Origin: Mobula hypostoma
Taxonomy: Eukaryota
Assembly (NCBI RefSeq): GCF_963921235.1
Contig: NC_086107.1
Span: 110,858,001-110,922,000, forward strand
Length of the DNA: 64,000 nucleotides
Direction of reading: 5' to 3'
Positions 13,201 through 25,397 of the stretch are shown here, piece after piece (position 1 is the first letter of the stretch; every line of letters starts with the position of its first letter). Under the pieces are notes generated by a model, which was not told where the DNA came from, did not search any database, and saw nothing but the letters and a program-made list of their open reading frames with translations. The position numbers and the translations under genes were made by a program.

Positions 13201-13932
13201 TTTAATCATGAAACATAATGTCGTTATTTTAAGTTCTCGATCCAAACATGTCACAGTATCTCTTTCCAATATTCAGTATGATTGTGGAAGCTCCCCGAAT
13301 GAAGAGCCGGTGTCTCGATGCAAACGGACACGGAGGAAAATACTTTGTATTGGGATTTTATTCTATGCCTTTTTTAGTTGTTGTTTTATGTTCCAAAGAC
13401 GGATATGGACTGCAACCATGGAACCCAGAGTGACAGATGAATTTATCTCTTCCCTGTGGCACTGTCGTTTGTAACCGGCTGACCTTAGCAAGAACAGTGC
13501 ATTAATCGTAGAACACAATGGCGGATCTTCCTACCCAGAATGCAGCGCGTGAAAGAAAGTGCTCTTCTTTTGTAGCGTAAACCGGCATATCCGCAGTGGT
13601 TCTTTGTCTCGGAAACACGCAGCAGGTAAACGTGTTCGAGATTGTTGAATGTCATTTACTGTACACACGTGTAACGAGAACGAAATAATCGTTACTCTGG
13701 ATCCGATACAGCTCAAAAAACACAGAAGAAAAAGAGCTCAGTAATAAAAACCCACACAATAAATATGAATACATAGATTGATTGTACGTCCATAAAGCGA
13801 CACTGGGCTGTACATAAGGTGACTGACGGGAAATAATAAAGTAGTGGTGGAGTCAGTGGGTGGAGGTGTTGATCACCCTTACTGTTTGGGGAAAGGAACT
13901 GTTTTTGACTCTGGTGGTCCTGGTGTGGATGT

Positions 13933-14532
13933 GACATCCCACCCTGCAAAAACTCATTTCAGGGAGGTAGCACCTCGCCCCCCCCCCACCCCCGTCGATC
14001 TCCAAGGGTGTATGTAATACTTCGTTTAGTGATTTTGTCTAATCTGTAAACCAAGTTTGGTATATGCAGAAAATGTGACATTAAGATATGTACTTATATT
14101 GTATTATCATGTTTATTCTATTACAACTTTAAGCAAGTCTACAGGGAGTTTGGCCTCATCATGTAGGACATCAACAGAGTAGCTCCTCAGCAGCTAGCCA
14201 GCTAGTTTAAATAACGTTAGCTATGCTAATGAACGAATGACACCCGTTAAACTCACCTCAACACGCCTTTTACATTTTAACCCACCATGGGCAATAGAAA
14301 AGTCACTGTTGCAAACAGTGCAGCGAGCAACACTGTCATTATTTTTGAGGTCGACTGTAAAGCCCGCCCACAGAGAAAACTGATAGGTCCAATCAGGATG
14401 CTCACTCTCGCTCTCCCTCGCCCTCTCAAAAAAAATCGATTTCCGGGATATTGTATATAATTTCCGGGCGTCAGGGAGCCGCTATCAATATGCGGGAGAC
14501 TCCCAGAACTTACGGGAGAGCTGGGATGTCTG
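13933..14532. mobile_element. Non-autonomous hAT-like DNA transposon inserted into a Rex1-type LINE 3' fragment
   Basis: gacatcccacc...gctgggatgtctg inverted ends; homologous to 40436-40943. Confidence 0.7.
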
Positions 14533-16149
14533 CATAGCATCCTCGCTGATGGGAATGGGACAAACAGTCCATGAGCAGGGTGTGTGGGATCTTTCAGGAT
14601 GTTGCTGGCCCTGATTAAACTGACGTTTCACAAAATGTGCAGCAAGGGATACTGATGGCATGCAATATTACACCAGTAAAAAGTGAGGTACCTCACTTTT
14701 TTAATATACATTATTTTTGTTTTTGCACGATTTTTAATCTATTCAATATATGTATGCTATAATTGATTTACATTTTATTTAATATTATATTTTCTTCTAT
14801 ATTATGTATTGCATTGAACTGCTAAATTAACAAATTTCATGACACATGCCGGTGATAATAAACCTGATTTTGATTCTGTAACCCCAGATAAGGCCTGGTC
14901 TTGGGCACATTTTAAATCATACACAGCTATTCAAGCCTGTGAATGGAATAAGTTATTTTGCAATATTCAGCAATCACGGACAAGGTGTCAGCTGAAATTT
15001 TGCTTATTAAAATCTAAAAACAAATTCAGTGAGTAAGTTCATAATTTAGTTTCATTAGAAGGTACTGCATTTCAAAACTTGTAAAATTATGGAAAGTTAA
15101 ATTTTCTTTGTTGATGGTGTGTGTGTGTTGGGGGGGTGGGGGTGGAGACAGAGGTGGAGGAGGTAGCATTTTTCAAGGCACAGATTTTTGCTTGGAGCAA
15201 GCATTTTGAAAATGTCTGTACTGCAGCAGTTTCGCTGATAGCCAACCGTTAACCACCCGAAGCCTCTGAAAGTGACTGAGTCTACGAAAGCACCACGTGC
15301 ACAGAGAAAAGCTGCAGAACCTTTCCAGGAGCTGTTCTGTCAAAATCCGACTGGCAAATTACCAAGTCGTTAACCTTGCTACTTTTCTTTCATAGCCAGT
15401 ACAAATGGGAACATCATTTTGCAGTGGGCGAGTTTGCTCAGCACAATAGGAGAATCAGGTAATATTACACTTGATTCAGATCGAGGTATCTTTACACAAC
15501 AACATTGAATTAGACTTTTTGATGCAATTAAGATATTGGCGCTGCTGCTAGTATAGAGGAATAAAAGACTAATTACGGATCCAAATCGGGAAGTGAATGG
15601 GTAGATTTAGACTCTATGAGTGGCTTTGCAATATCAAAGAATGAAATGGAAAGCGATCTCGGCAAGGAACCAACCATGGAACAGCAGAAGGATAGTAAAC
15701 TAAAAACCAAAATAGTAGACAACTTTTGGAGGGCTATGATTAATACAAAGTTCCTTTACAGGTATCAACTCGGGCATCTTGTACATAAATGTAAACAAAT
15801 TAAGGCAAGTTCAAAGTACATTTATTATGAAAGAATGTATAAATTGTACAACCTTGAGATTTGTCTGCTTACAGGCAGCCACAAAGCAAGAAACCTGAAA
15901 GAACCCAATTAAAGGAAAAAAAAAGAATAAAAGACCAACAGCCCATGTGCAAGAGAAAGAAAGAAAAAGTAAATTTATTATCAAACTATATACACATGTG
16001 CAACCTTGAGGTACATTTTCTTGCGACAAAACACAGAAATACAGTAGAAACCGCACTTAACAAAGACCTTGTTTACCTGAAGGAGAAATCGATAGTTGTG
16101 CTATAAGGTTGGAAGTTATCCAGATGGAGTATAAGGCATTGTGTCTCCA

Positions 16150-16265
16150 CCCTGAGAGTGAGCCCGCGGGCCGCCTCGACCCCGAGGGTGAGCCCGCGGG
16201 CCGCGGAGACCCCGAGGGTGAGCCCGTGGGTCGCGGAGACCCCGAGGGTGAGCCCGCGGGCCACG
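16150..16265. repeat. GC-rich 30-bp minisatellite, about 4 copies
   Basis: Unit gagggtgagcccgcgggccgcggagacccc. Confidence 0.9.
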
Positions 16266-17235
16266 GAGTCAGTTCAGCGCCGAAGTGAGTGAAACTTGTC
16301 CAGGATGCCGATAGCTGCAGGGCCACAACTGCTCCCGAACCTGGCGGCGTGGGACCCAAGACTCTTGCACCTCCTGCACGATGGCCGCCCGGTGGTGCAT
16401 TCATTAAAAATAGAAGCTCTATGGAGCAATTTCAAATGAGCTCTGTTGTAAACTCTGCCTCTGTCCTCACAGCACTCCCCCACCCCCCCATTTTCTCCCC
16501 CAACCCCGACCTCACTTCTTCAGCCTTATGGGGGAGTCAAATGCAAACCAGGTATATCTGCTTTCACTGCCTCACATCACATGTTCTTGAGGTAGTGCCA
16601 CGGTTACTGCAGAGTCCTTGATTGAGACCAAAGTTGGAACCCCACAATGTCTGCTGTGGAATTCAGGTGAATAACCTGGAAAATGAGTGTAAAAACTAGC
16701 CTGGTTTCCTTCTTTAAGTGAAGAATTCTGCTTTCACCTCAAGGACGAGCTTCTTCCCCTCTGCCATCAGATTTCTGAATGGACAATGAAGCCATGAACA
16801 CTTCCTCACTAATTCTCCCCTCTCTTTTTACACTACTGGTTTAACTTAATCTTATATATATATTTTGTAATTTATAGTTTTTATTATTATGTATTGCAAT
16901 GTCCCTGTAGCCGCAAAACAACAAATTCCATGACATATGCCAACGATTTTAAGCCTGATTCTGATTTCCTTATCCAACCTGTTCTAGAACGACCGGGGGT
17001 GTTTGGCTGTGAAATGGCAGAAAGCCACTTGGTTCAAGGTCAGCTAGGAATAGAACAAATGCTAGACCAGCCAGCGATGCCAGTTTCTGGAAAGGGATTG
17101 GATTCTTTTGAATTTTTAGATGACCATTAACTGTGCTGTATGCCTAAGCCCTTTCATCGTGTGCTTAAACCTGGCCAAGGAAATGAAACAGCACGAGTCA
17201 TGAAATTCTGCTGGAGTCTGACCACTTTGAGAATA

Positions 17236-17850
17236 CGCTCACTGGCCACTTTGACAGGTTATCCTGTGCCTAATAGAGTGGCCACTGAGTGTACGTTCGA
17301 GGTCTTCTGCTGCTGTAGCCCATCCACTTCAAGGTTCAACATGTGTGTTGAGAGATGCTCTTCTGCCCACCATTATTGTAACGTGTGGTTATTTGAGTTA
17401 CTTTTGTTTTCCTGTCAGCTTGAACCAGTCTGGCCATTCTCCTCTGACCTCTCATTAACAAGACGTTTTTGCCCACAGAACTGCTGCTCACTGTTTTTTT
17501 GTATTTTGCACCATTCTCTGTAAACTCTAGAGCAGGGGTTCCCAGCCTGGGGTCCATGGCATAACAAAAGGTTGGGAACCCTTGCCCCAGAGACTGTTGT
17601 GTGTGAAAAATCTCAGGAGATCAGCAGTTTCTGAGATACTCAAACCACCCCATCTGGCACCAACAGTCATTCCATGGTAATGGTCATTTAGATCACATTC
17701 CTTCCCCATTCTGATGTTTGGTCTGAACAACAACTGAAACCTCTTGACCATGTCTGCATGCTTTTCTGCATTGAGTTGCTGCCACATGATTGGCTGATTC
17801 GATATTTGCATTAACGAGCAGATGTACCAAATAAAGTGGCCATTTGAATG
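17236..17850 (-). mobile_element. Tc1-like transposon, internally deleted
   Basis: Degenerate TIRs (ta)cgctcactggccactttg...aataaagtggccatttgaatg; minus-strand transposase N-terminus GMTVGARWGGLSISETADLL and RMARLVQADRK. Confidence 0.85.
17533..17584. mobile_element. 52-bp hAT (Charlie-like) MITE nested in the Tc1 copy
   Basis: TIRs caggggttccca / tgggaacccttg; 8-bp TSD ctctagag (17525-17532) / ccccagag (17585-17592); the copy at 47.3 kb has the empty site aaactctagagac. Confidence 0.8.
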
Positions 17851-18419
17851 CATAGGTTACTGCTGTTCAGCAAGGCACAGTGAAAATGCCCAATTGCTGG
17901 AGGCTCTACTGCGAGGAGACAGAGTCGAAACAATTTTTTTTTCCTCTGAGTTATGAGTTCTTGGCACTCTGCTCCTCAGAAGCTGTTAAAAGCAGAGCCT
18001 TCTATATGTTTAAGAGAGAGACTGATAGATTCTTGATAAGTAAGGGAGTGAGAGATTGGAGACATGCGAGACCTGCAGATGCTATAACCTGGAGCAAAAA
18101 GCAAACTGCTGGAAGAACTCAGCAGGTCAGGCAGCATCTGTGGAGGGAAATGGACAGTCCGTGTTTCAGGTCGAGGTTCTTCATCTGGACTAGAAGGTTC
18201 AAAGTAAGTTTATTATCAAGGTACATATATATCACCATATACAACCCTGAAATTTATTTTCTTGTGGGCATTCACAATAAATACAAAGAAACCCAATTGA
18301 ATCATTGAAAGACTACAAACAACCAATTTTCAAAAGACAACAAGCTGTGCAAATATAAAAAGAAAAATAATAGTAATAAATAAATAAGCCTTAAATACAA
18401 AGAACGTGAGATGAAGAGT

Positions 18420-19170
18420 CCTCAAAAATGAGTCCATAGGTTGTGAGAACAGTTCAGTGATAGGGTGAGTAAAGTTGAGGGAAGTTATCCCCTCTGGTTC
18501 AGGAGCCTGATGGTTGTGGGGTAATAACTATTCCTGGACCTGGTGGTGCAGGTCCTGAGGCTCTTGTACCTTCTTCTTGATGTCAGCAGTGAGAAGAGAG
18601 CAGGGCTTGAGTGGTGGGGGCCCTTGATGATGGATGCTAATGAAGGGGTAATAACTGGGAGAGTGAGGGGTGAAGTCACAGTCAGATCAGGCAGGATCTT
18701 ACCAAATGGTACACCAAGCTTAGTGGTGGGTGCGTTTGTATGTAAGAGTTGGAAGTGAAAACCTTGGGCATTTCTTGCCTTGACAGATGGTGACTGAGAC
18801 ATAATCCTATTTCAAACTCCGTTGGGAGTGGGAGAAGGAGGTGAGAGGTGGGGGGGATCTGAATTCAGTGATCGGGAAGATGTTGGAGTCCATTATTAAG
18901 GACCTAAAGCTTCTGTACCTTCTGCCTGATGGTGGTAGCAGGTAGAGAGCATGGCCTGGATGGTGCAGTTCTTTGATAATGGATGCTGCTTTCTTCTGGC
19001 AGCGTTCCACATAAATGTGCTTAATGGTGGGGAGGGCTTTGCCTGTGATGGACTGGGCTGTATCCACCACTTCCTGTCACTGTTCCTGGGCAACCTGTTT
19101 CCGTACCAGGCCGTGATGCAGCCAGTCAGGGTACTATTCACTGTGCACCTATAGACGTTTGTCAAAGGCA
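18420..19170 (-). mobile_element. Two Rex1/Babar-type LINE 3' fragments with an intervening CR1-like piece
   Basis: LTNVYRCTVNSTLTGCITAWYGN; AASIIKELHHPGHALYLLPPSGRRYRS. Confidence 0.75.
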
Positions 19171-19374
19171 TGCCGAAATCTACAAAAACAAAAGTAAACT
19201 TGGATCTGATACTAACCCTTAGTAAGTCTTGGGCCAGGGCACAGGATTTGTATTTTAAGGTTGTTTAAGGCACCCGAACCAATGCAGTCAACTTGTTCAC
19301 CTCAACTCTGAATTGACTCTACAACCTACAGAATCACTTTTAAGACCTCTACGACTCATGTTTTCAAATAAGGA

Positions 19375-19993
19375 GGGAGGAGAAGATGGCGACGCGACGC
19401 AGTGGGCGCAGCCTCTCCGGTGAAATGATATCGTATTTGTTAAATAGGGGCCATGCACAATTCTGATTTGATGGAGACAGCCGTGAGAGCACGGAGAAGC
19501 ATCTGGAGTAACTTCTAAAATGCCCGGTTCGCTGCCGCTGCTACTGTGCGATCGAGAATCTCCGGAGGGGAAGGCCCCAAAATCCTCGGCTTTGCCTGCT
19601 GCTGACAGCCAGGGCCGGGGTCGAAGTGTTCAGCGGAGATGGTGCTCAGTACTCGGTGTCAGAGCTCGAAGTTTTCGGATGACTCAGAGTTGGACTGTGG
19701 TCGGGTATGGCAGGGAGAGTTTTCTTCCTTCTCCCGTCTGCATGAGATGATGGGACTTTTGAGAGACTTGGAACTTTTTTACCGTGCTAAATGGCCTGTT
19801 CTTCATCAAGTTACGGTATTGCTTGCTCTGTTGTAACTATATGTTATAATTACGTGGTTTTTGTCAGTTTTTCAGTCTTGGTCTGTCCTGTGTTTCTGTG
19901 ATATCACACCGGAGGAATATTGTATCATTTCTTAATGCATGCATTACTAAATGACAATAAAAGAGGCCTGAGTGTCCTCATAATCTAATCTAA
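19375..19993 (+). mobile_element. CpG-rich non-autonomous retroelement starting with aagatggcg and ending in (tctaa)n
   Basis: 5' gagaagatggcgacgcg (YY1-like); 3' aataaaagaggcctgagtgtcctcataatctaatctaa; second copy at 5696-6350 (-). Confidence 0.7.
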
Positions 19994-20708
19994 TTTATTT
20001 AATTTGCACAATTTGTCTTTTGCAAACTGTTTTATTTTTGCCAGTCTTCGTTTATGTATAGTTATTTTCATAAATTCTATTGTAGTTCTTTATTCTCCTG
20101 TTAACGTCTGCATGAGAATGAATGGTGACAGTCACCTGGGATATGCCCTCTTCTCATTGTGACTATCAATGAGGATTAATGGAGCCTGAAGACTCACACT
20201 CAACGTTTCAGGAACAGCTTTTCCCCGTCCACCAGCAGACTTCTGAATGGACAATAAATGCATGAACACTACCTCAGTATTTTTCCCCTCTCTTTTAGCA
20301 CTATTTATTTAATTTAATCAAATTCACTACCCAGTGGCACTGTAGAGTAGTGGTCAGCACAGTGCTTTACAATACAGGAGTTTTACGTTCTCCCTGTGAC
20401 TGCTTGGGTTTCCTTCATGTGCTCCGATTTCTTCCAACAATCCAAAGATGTATTAGTTGGTAGGTTAGTTGGTCATTGTAAATTGTTTCGTGGTTAGGCT
20501 AGGGTTAAATCGGGGATTGCTGGGCGGTGTTCCTTCGAAGGGCCGGAAGGGCCTATTCCGTGCTGTATCATACTAAAGAAATAAATACGTATTTATTGTA
20601 ATTTACAGTTTTTATTACAATGTGCTACTGTCACGTAACAATGGATTTCATGACATATGCCAGTGATGTTAAACCGGATACTGAAAGTTTATTTGTGCAA
20701 GAAACAAA

Positions 20709-20963
20709 AAGCCCGCACCTTCTCCGTGAGCTCTCTCGTGGTCTCCTGGCCTGACAGGAAAGCCCACACCTTCTCTGTAAGCTCTCCTGTGATCTCCTGG
20801 CCTGACAGGAAAGCCCACACCTTCTCCGTGAGCTCTCTCGTGGTCTCCTGGCCTGACAGGAAAGCCCACACCTTCTCTGTAAGCTCTCCTGTGATCTCCT
20901 GGCCTGACAGGAAAGCCCACCCCTTCTCCGTGAGCTCTCTCGTGGTCTTCTGACCTGACAGGG
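20709..20963. repeat. 51-bp minisatellite, 5 units in A-B-A-B-A order
   Basis: Units start at 20709, 20760, 20811, 20862, 20913; A has ccgtgagctctctcgtggtc, B has ctgtaagctctcctgtgatc. Confidence 0.95.
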
Positions 20964-21019
20964 AAGTCATAGCAAGCGTCTTCATTGAACATGAGTTTTT
21001 TAACATGAGTCTGTATCCA

Positions 21020-21490
21020 ATTCAACACACTCAAAATGCTGGAGGAACTCAGCAGGTCAGGCAGCATCTATAGAAATGAATAAACAGTTGTAGATTTGGG
21101 GTGAGACCCTTCTCCAGAACTGGAAAGGAAGGGGAAGGATGCCAGAATAAAAAGATGGGGGGAAGGGAAGGAGGCTGGCTGGAAGGTGGTAGGTGAAGCT
21201 AAGTGGGTGGGAAAGACTGGAGAAGGTAGGAGAGGAGAGTGGACCATAGGAAAAAGGGAAGGAGGAGGGCACCCAGGGGGAGGTGATAGGTAGGTGAGAA
21301 GAGGTAAGAGGGCAGAATAGAAGAAGAGGATGGGGGGAGGGAATTTTTTTTTAGCAGAAGGAGAAATCGATGTTCATACCATCAGGCTGGAGGCTGCCCA
21401 GACGGAATATAAGGTGTTGCTCCTCCACCCTGAGGGTGGCCTCACCTTGGCACAACAACTCATCTTGGACTGACCTGTTGGAACGGGAAT
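21020..21490 (-). mobile_element. Neptune PLE 3' fragment
   Basis: EATLRVEEQHLIFRLGSLQPDGMNIDFS in ORF 21351..21698, followed by the purine-rich UTR complement. Confidence 0.85.
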
Positions 21491-21861
21491 GTCTGTATCC
21501 AGTAAATGTCACCGTGACCTGGCATGAGTACAGAAAGCAAGACTCTGCTTTGAGTGGGCTACGAAGAGCAGCAGGGTCTCGGTGCACCAGGTCTGCTATT
21601 ACCTCAGCCCATGCCAACAGCCACGTGCCGGTTTCTGTCAGTCTGCTAGAGTTTATCTTGCTCCCTAAATCCAAAGAGAAATTGCTGCTGGGCATCAAAA
21701 GTCTCAGCCAGATGCAGCTTGTGAGAAGTTGAGTAACGGACAGAATTTGGAACAGTCCGCGGCTCCTGTGTTTACCAGCAATGCTTCAGTAATTATACAG
21801 CTCATCAAGCAGCACTAATGTCCAACGAATGCTGGAAGCACACAACGCGTGCTTTTATTAT

Positions 21862-22055
21862 AAACACAAGCGGTTCTGCAGATGTCGGAAATCCAGAGTA
21901 ACATGTACAAGATGCTGGAAAAACTCAGCAAGTCAGGCAGCATAAAAAAGTCGATGCTTGGGGCCGACGGCCAACAAAGAGTCTCGGCCTGAAGCGGGAG
22001 ACTCTTTATTGCTCTCTATAGACGTTGTCCGGCCTGCTGAGAGTTTCTCTGGCAT
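21862..22055. mobile_element. Short palindromic element built from two opposed PLE 3' ends
   Basis: aaacacaag...ctcagcaagtcaggcagcat...gggccgac then gtctcggcctgaa...ccggcctgctgag in the opposite orientation. Confidence 0.6.
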
Positions 22056-23629
22056 CTCTCTACTGTTTCTGCCTGTGTGTCTCTGTCTCTCTCACACACA
22101 TGTCCCTGATGCTCATAAGTTGTTGAACCTGCTCCAGTTAATGCAGCCTTAACCCCTCCTGCTGTTCCCAGCAATGATCTATTCCACCCTTGGCAACCTT
22201 TGCAGATGCTGGAAATCCAGGGCAACGCACACAAGATGTTGGAGCAACTCAGCAGGGTCAGACAGCATCTATGGAAATGAATAAGCAGTTGATATTTCAG
22301 GCCGAATCCCTTCATCGGGACTGGAAAGGGAGGGGGAGGGAGCCAGAATAAGAAGGTGGGGGGAGGTGAATAAGAAGATTCCACATCAGAAAAGGTGGTG
22401 CTGCATCACGGCCTGATATGGCGACAGCAACGCCCCAAAAAAGAAAAGCCTCGCAGTGGAGCTAGCCCAGTCCATCACAAGAAAAGCCCTCCCCACCATC
22501 GAGCACATCTGCATGGCGTGCTGCCACAGGAAAGCAGCATTCTTCATCAAAATTCCCGCATCATGGGCCATGCTCTCTTCTCGCTGCTGCCATCAGGAAG
22601 AAGGTCCCACACCACCAGGTTCACGAACAGTTATTATCCCTCAACCATCAGGCTCCTGAACCAGCACGGATGACTCACCTCAACACTGAACTGATACCAC
22701 AACTACAAGGTCACTTTCAAGGTCTCTACAACCCATGTTTTTGATATTGTTTATTTATTATTATTATTATTATTGTAATAATAATAGAATAATATTCAAG
22801 AACAGCCACCACCCCACAATCATCAGGCTCTTGAACAAAAGGGGATAACTACACTCCTTTGTCCATCCATTGAGACGTTTCCGGTGATCTCACGTTAAGG
22901 ACTCTTTATCGTCAGATGGTTCTGGGTTTATGGATTGGACTATTGTGTTTATGCACTGTGGACATTTTTCAGACTTACAGTTTTTATATTCTGCTGTTTT
23001 TTTTTAAAATCGCCCATTCCTTTTCCATTTTGTCGTGTGAGGGGAGGTTATTTGGGGATTGATGTTCTGTTAATTTTTGTGTTGGGGGAGTGGTTGTTTT
23101 TTGGGGGTTGATGTTTCTGTTCCATTTTGTGCGGGGAGGGTTTTTTTGGGGGCGGGTTGATTATTGGGATAACGTTCCTTTTTTCTATGATGGGGATGGG
23201 GTGGGTTTAATGTTTCTCTGTTCTGATCGACTTTCATGTTCTTTCTTTGTTTCATGGCTATCTGGAGAATGCAAATTTCAGAGTTGCATATGGTTACAAG
23301 CTTTGATAATAAATGAACCTTTGAACCTTTAAACCTTTATCTCATGCTCTTGTTATTTATTGCTATTTATTTATATTTGCATTTGCACAGTTTGTTGTCT
23401 TCTGCATTCCGGTTGATCTTTCATTGATCGTTAATCAATGAAAATTCTTTCTTTCTTTCTTTTTCAATCTTTTTATTAAACAATGAAAATTGAAAATAAT
23501 TACTATTTTATGGGTTTGCTGAGTATGCCCACAGGAAAATGAATCTTAGGGTTGTATATAGTGACATATATGTACTTTGATAATAAAATTTACTTTGAAC
23601 TTTGAACATTTTTGAACTTTGTATTTTTA

Positions 23630-24090
23630 CTTTTCTCTCAGCTTAAGTTGGTAAAGTCTAAGTTACGGGCATAGCCAAGCACACTCATTTCTCAATTGCT
23701 AGGAACTTTTGGACCATTCTGGTGGTGTTTAGTATTGTGGCTTTCTGAAGATTTACATCAATATTGCTGTGTAGCCCTAATTGTTTAATACATTATGTAG
23801 TGCCTTTGGGATGATACCAATTCTAGATATTACTATTGGGATAATGTTTACCCTGTTCATGTTCCATAGTCTTTCAATTTCCTCTTTCAATTCAGCATAT
23901 TTCTGGTGTTTTTTACTTATTGATTTCTGTATGTTATGTGTGTTTGGAATGGCTACACTTATTAAGTAAGTTGATCTTGTGTGTTCTGTAATATTAAACA
24001 TGAACAGTAATTATGGATTGTCCTATCTGTAATAATGGCTCGGTCGTAATATAATTTGCGGGACTCTGACTGTAAAACCGCATCAGGCTT
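23630..24090 (-). mobile_element. R4/Dong-clade non-LTR retrotransposon 3' fragment (restriction-like endonuclease domain)
   Basis: KLYYDRAIITDRTIHN... then TYLISVAIPNTHNIQKSISKKHQKYAELKEEIERLWNMNRVNIIPIVISRIGIIPKALHN: RLE pattern with KxxKY and the ivPIVIxxxG motif. Confidence 0.75.
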
Positions 24091-24369
24091 CGGGAGAATG
24101 GCTGAATGGAATGAGGATAAGAGTTGGCGTGGACTGATGGCCCAGACGGCCTTATCCAAAACCATTTTGTTTCTCTAATGACTCTGTTGCCTGCTCTTCA
24201 CAGTGGGAGTTGAATGAATGTTGTGAAGTGAGTCCAGTGGGATTTAATCTGGGGCTGACGCACAAAGCAGCTGTGGATCAGGTGAATGGAGAGGGAGAAA
24301 GAAGAAAACAGGGTGTGGATGAAGGGATTATGTCATGACACCAAAGGTGGACTACATTTGAAACAGTCC

Positions 24370-24705
24370 ATAAGACATAAAGCAGAATCAGGCCATTCGG
24401 CCCATCGTGTCTGCTCCACCATTCCATCATGGCTGATCAACCTCATTCTTCTGCCTTCTCCTCATCATCTTTGACATCCTGACTAATGAAGAACCTATCA
24501 ACTTCCGCTTTAAATGTACCCAGTGAATTGGCCTCCACAGCCGCCCGTGGCGATGAATTCCACAGATTCACCGCCCCCTGGCTAAAGAGGTTCCTGCTCA
24601 TCTCTGTTCGAACGGGACGTCCTTCTATTCCAAGGCTGTGCCCTCAGGGTCATAGATTCCAACAATATAGGGAACGTCCTCTCCACGTCTAGCCTATCTA
24701 GGCCT
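24370..24705 (-). mobile_element. CR1 LINE 3' end
   Basis: cataagacataaagcagaatcaggccattcggcc tail; LSTSALNVPSELASTAARGDEFHRFT antisense signature. Confidence 0.85.
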
Positions 24706-25262
24706 ATTTAGCTAGGACTTTCCACTGGGGACTGACCCAGAAAGGAGCCTTGGGTCCAGGGATGGAGAAAGCAAAAACAAGGTGTGGATAAAAGGAATAT
24801 ATCTGTAGTTATTTGACCCTAATACTGAAGGTGGACTTCATTTGAAACAGTGTAATGCCTCCATTGAAGAGAGGATATCTACACTTGGAGATCCATAACT
24901 ACTGAAGGTAGCCTTTAATACCTCTGTTCTTGGTTCTTTCACATCTTCTTAAGTTTGTAACACCTTTTTTTTTGGTCTCATTTATAGTATTCAAAAATGC
25001 ATTTCTGCAAAAGCCCATGATAGCACCTTTTTGTGACAACCTCACCTGTGGTGAGTGTGACTAGACTGAGAAATTAAACACCTTTGAAGTGGGTTGTTCA
25101 ATCATTCACACTGAAGGAGTTTGGATATTTGAGTATGGGTGAATGACTGAATTGAAGGCCTTTTTGATACCAAGCTGGACCTTTGGAACAGGAGCTATCA
25201 GGTGCACTTTTTACCCAGCATCTGGGGTAAACGGAAATTGCAGAATTCGGTTATCATCAAAT

Positions 25263-25397
25263 GAAAGTTAACTCCGACCAAAATCAGAAAGCATGCTGGG
25301 AAGTTTGGAAAGTTAACTCCGACCAAAATCAGAAAGCATGCTGGGAAGTTTGGAAAGTTAACTCTGACCAGAATCAAACGGCATGTTGGGAAGTTTG
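25263..25397. repeat. 45-bp tandem repeat x3
   Basis: gaaagttaactccgaccaaaatcagaaagcatgctgggaagtttg at 25263, 25308 and 25353 (third copy diverged). Confidence 0.95.

Noticed and set aside
20657..21067. Repetitive ORFs and a CRISPR-like look
   Set aside because: Head-to-tail 51-bp minisatellite with no unique spacers and no cas genes, in a vertebrate intron.
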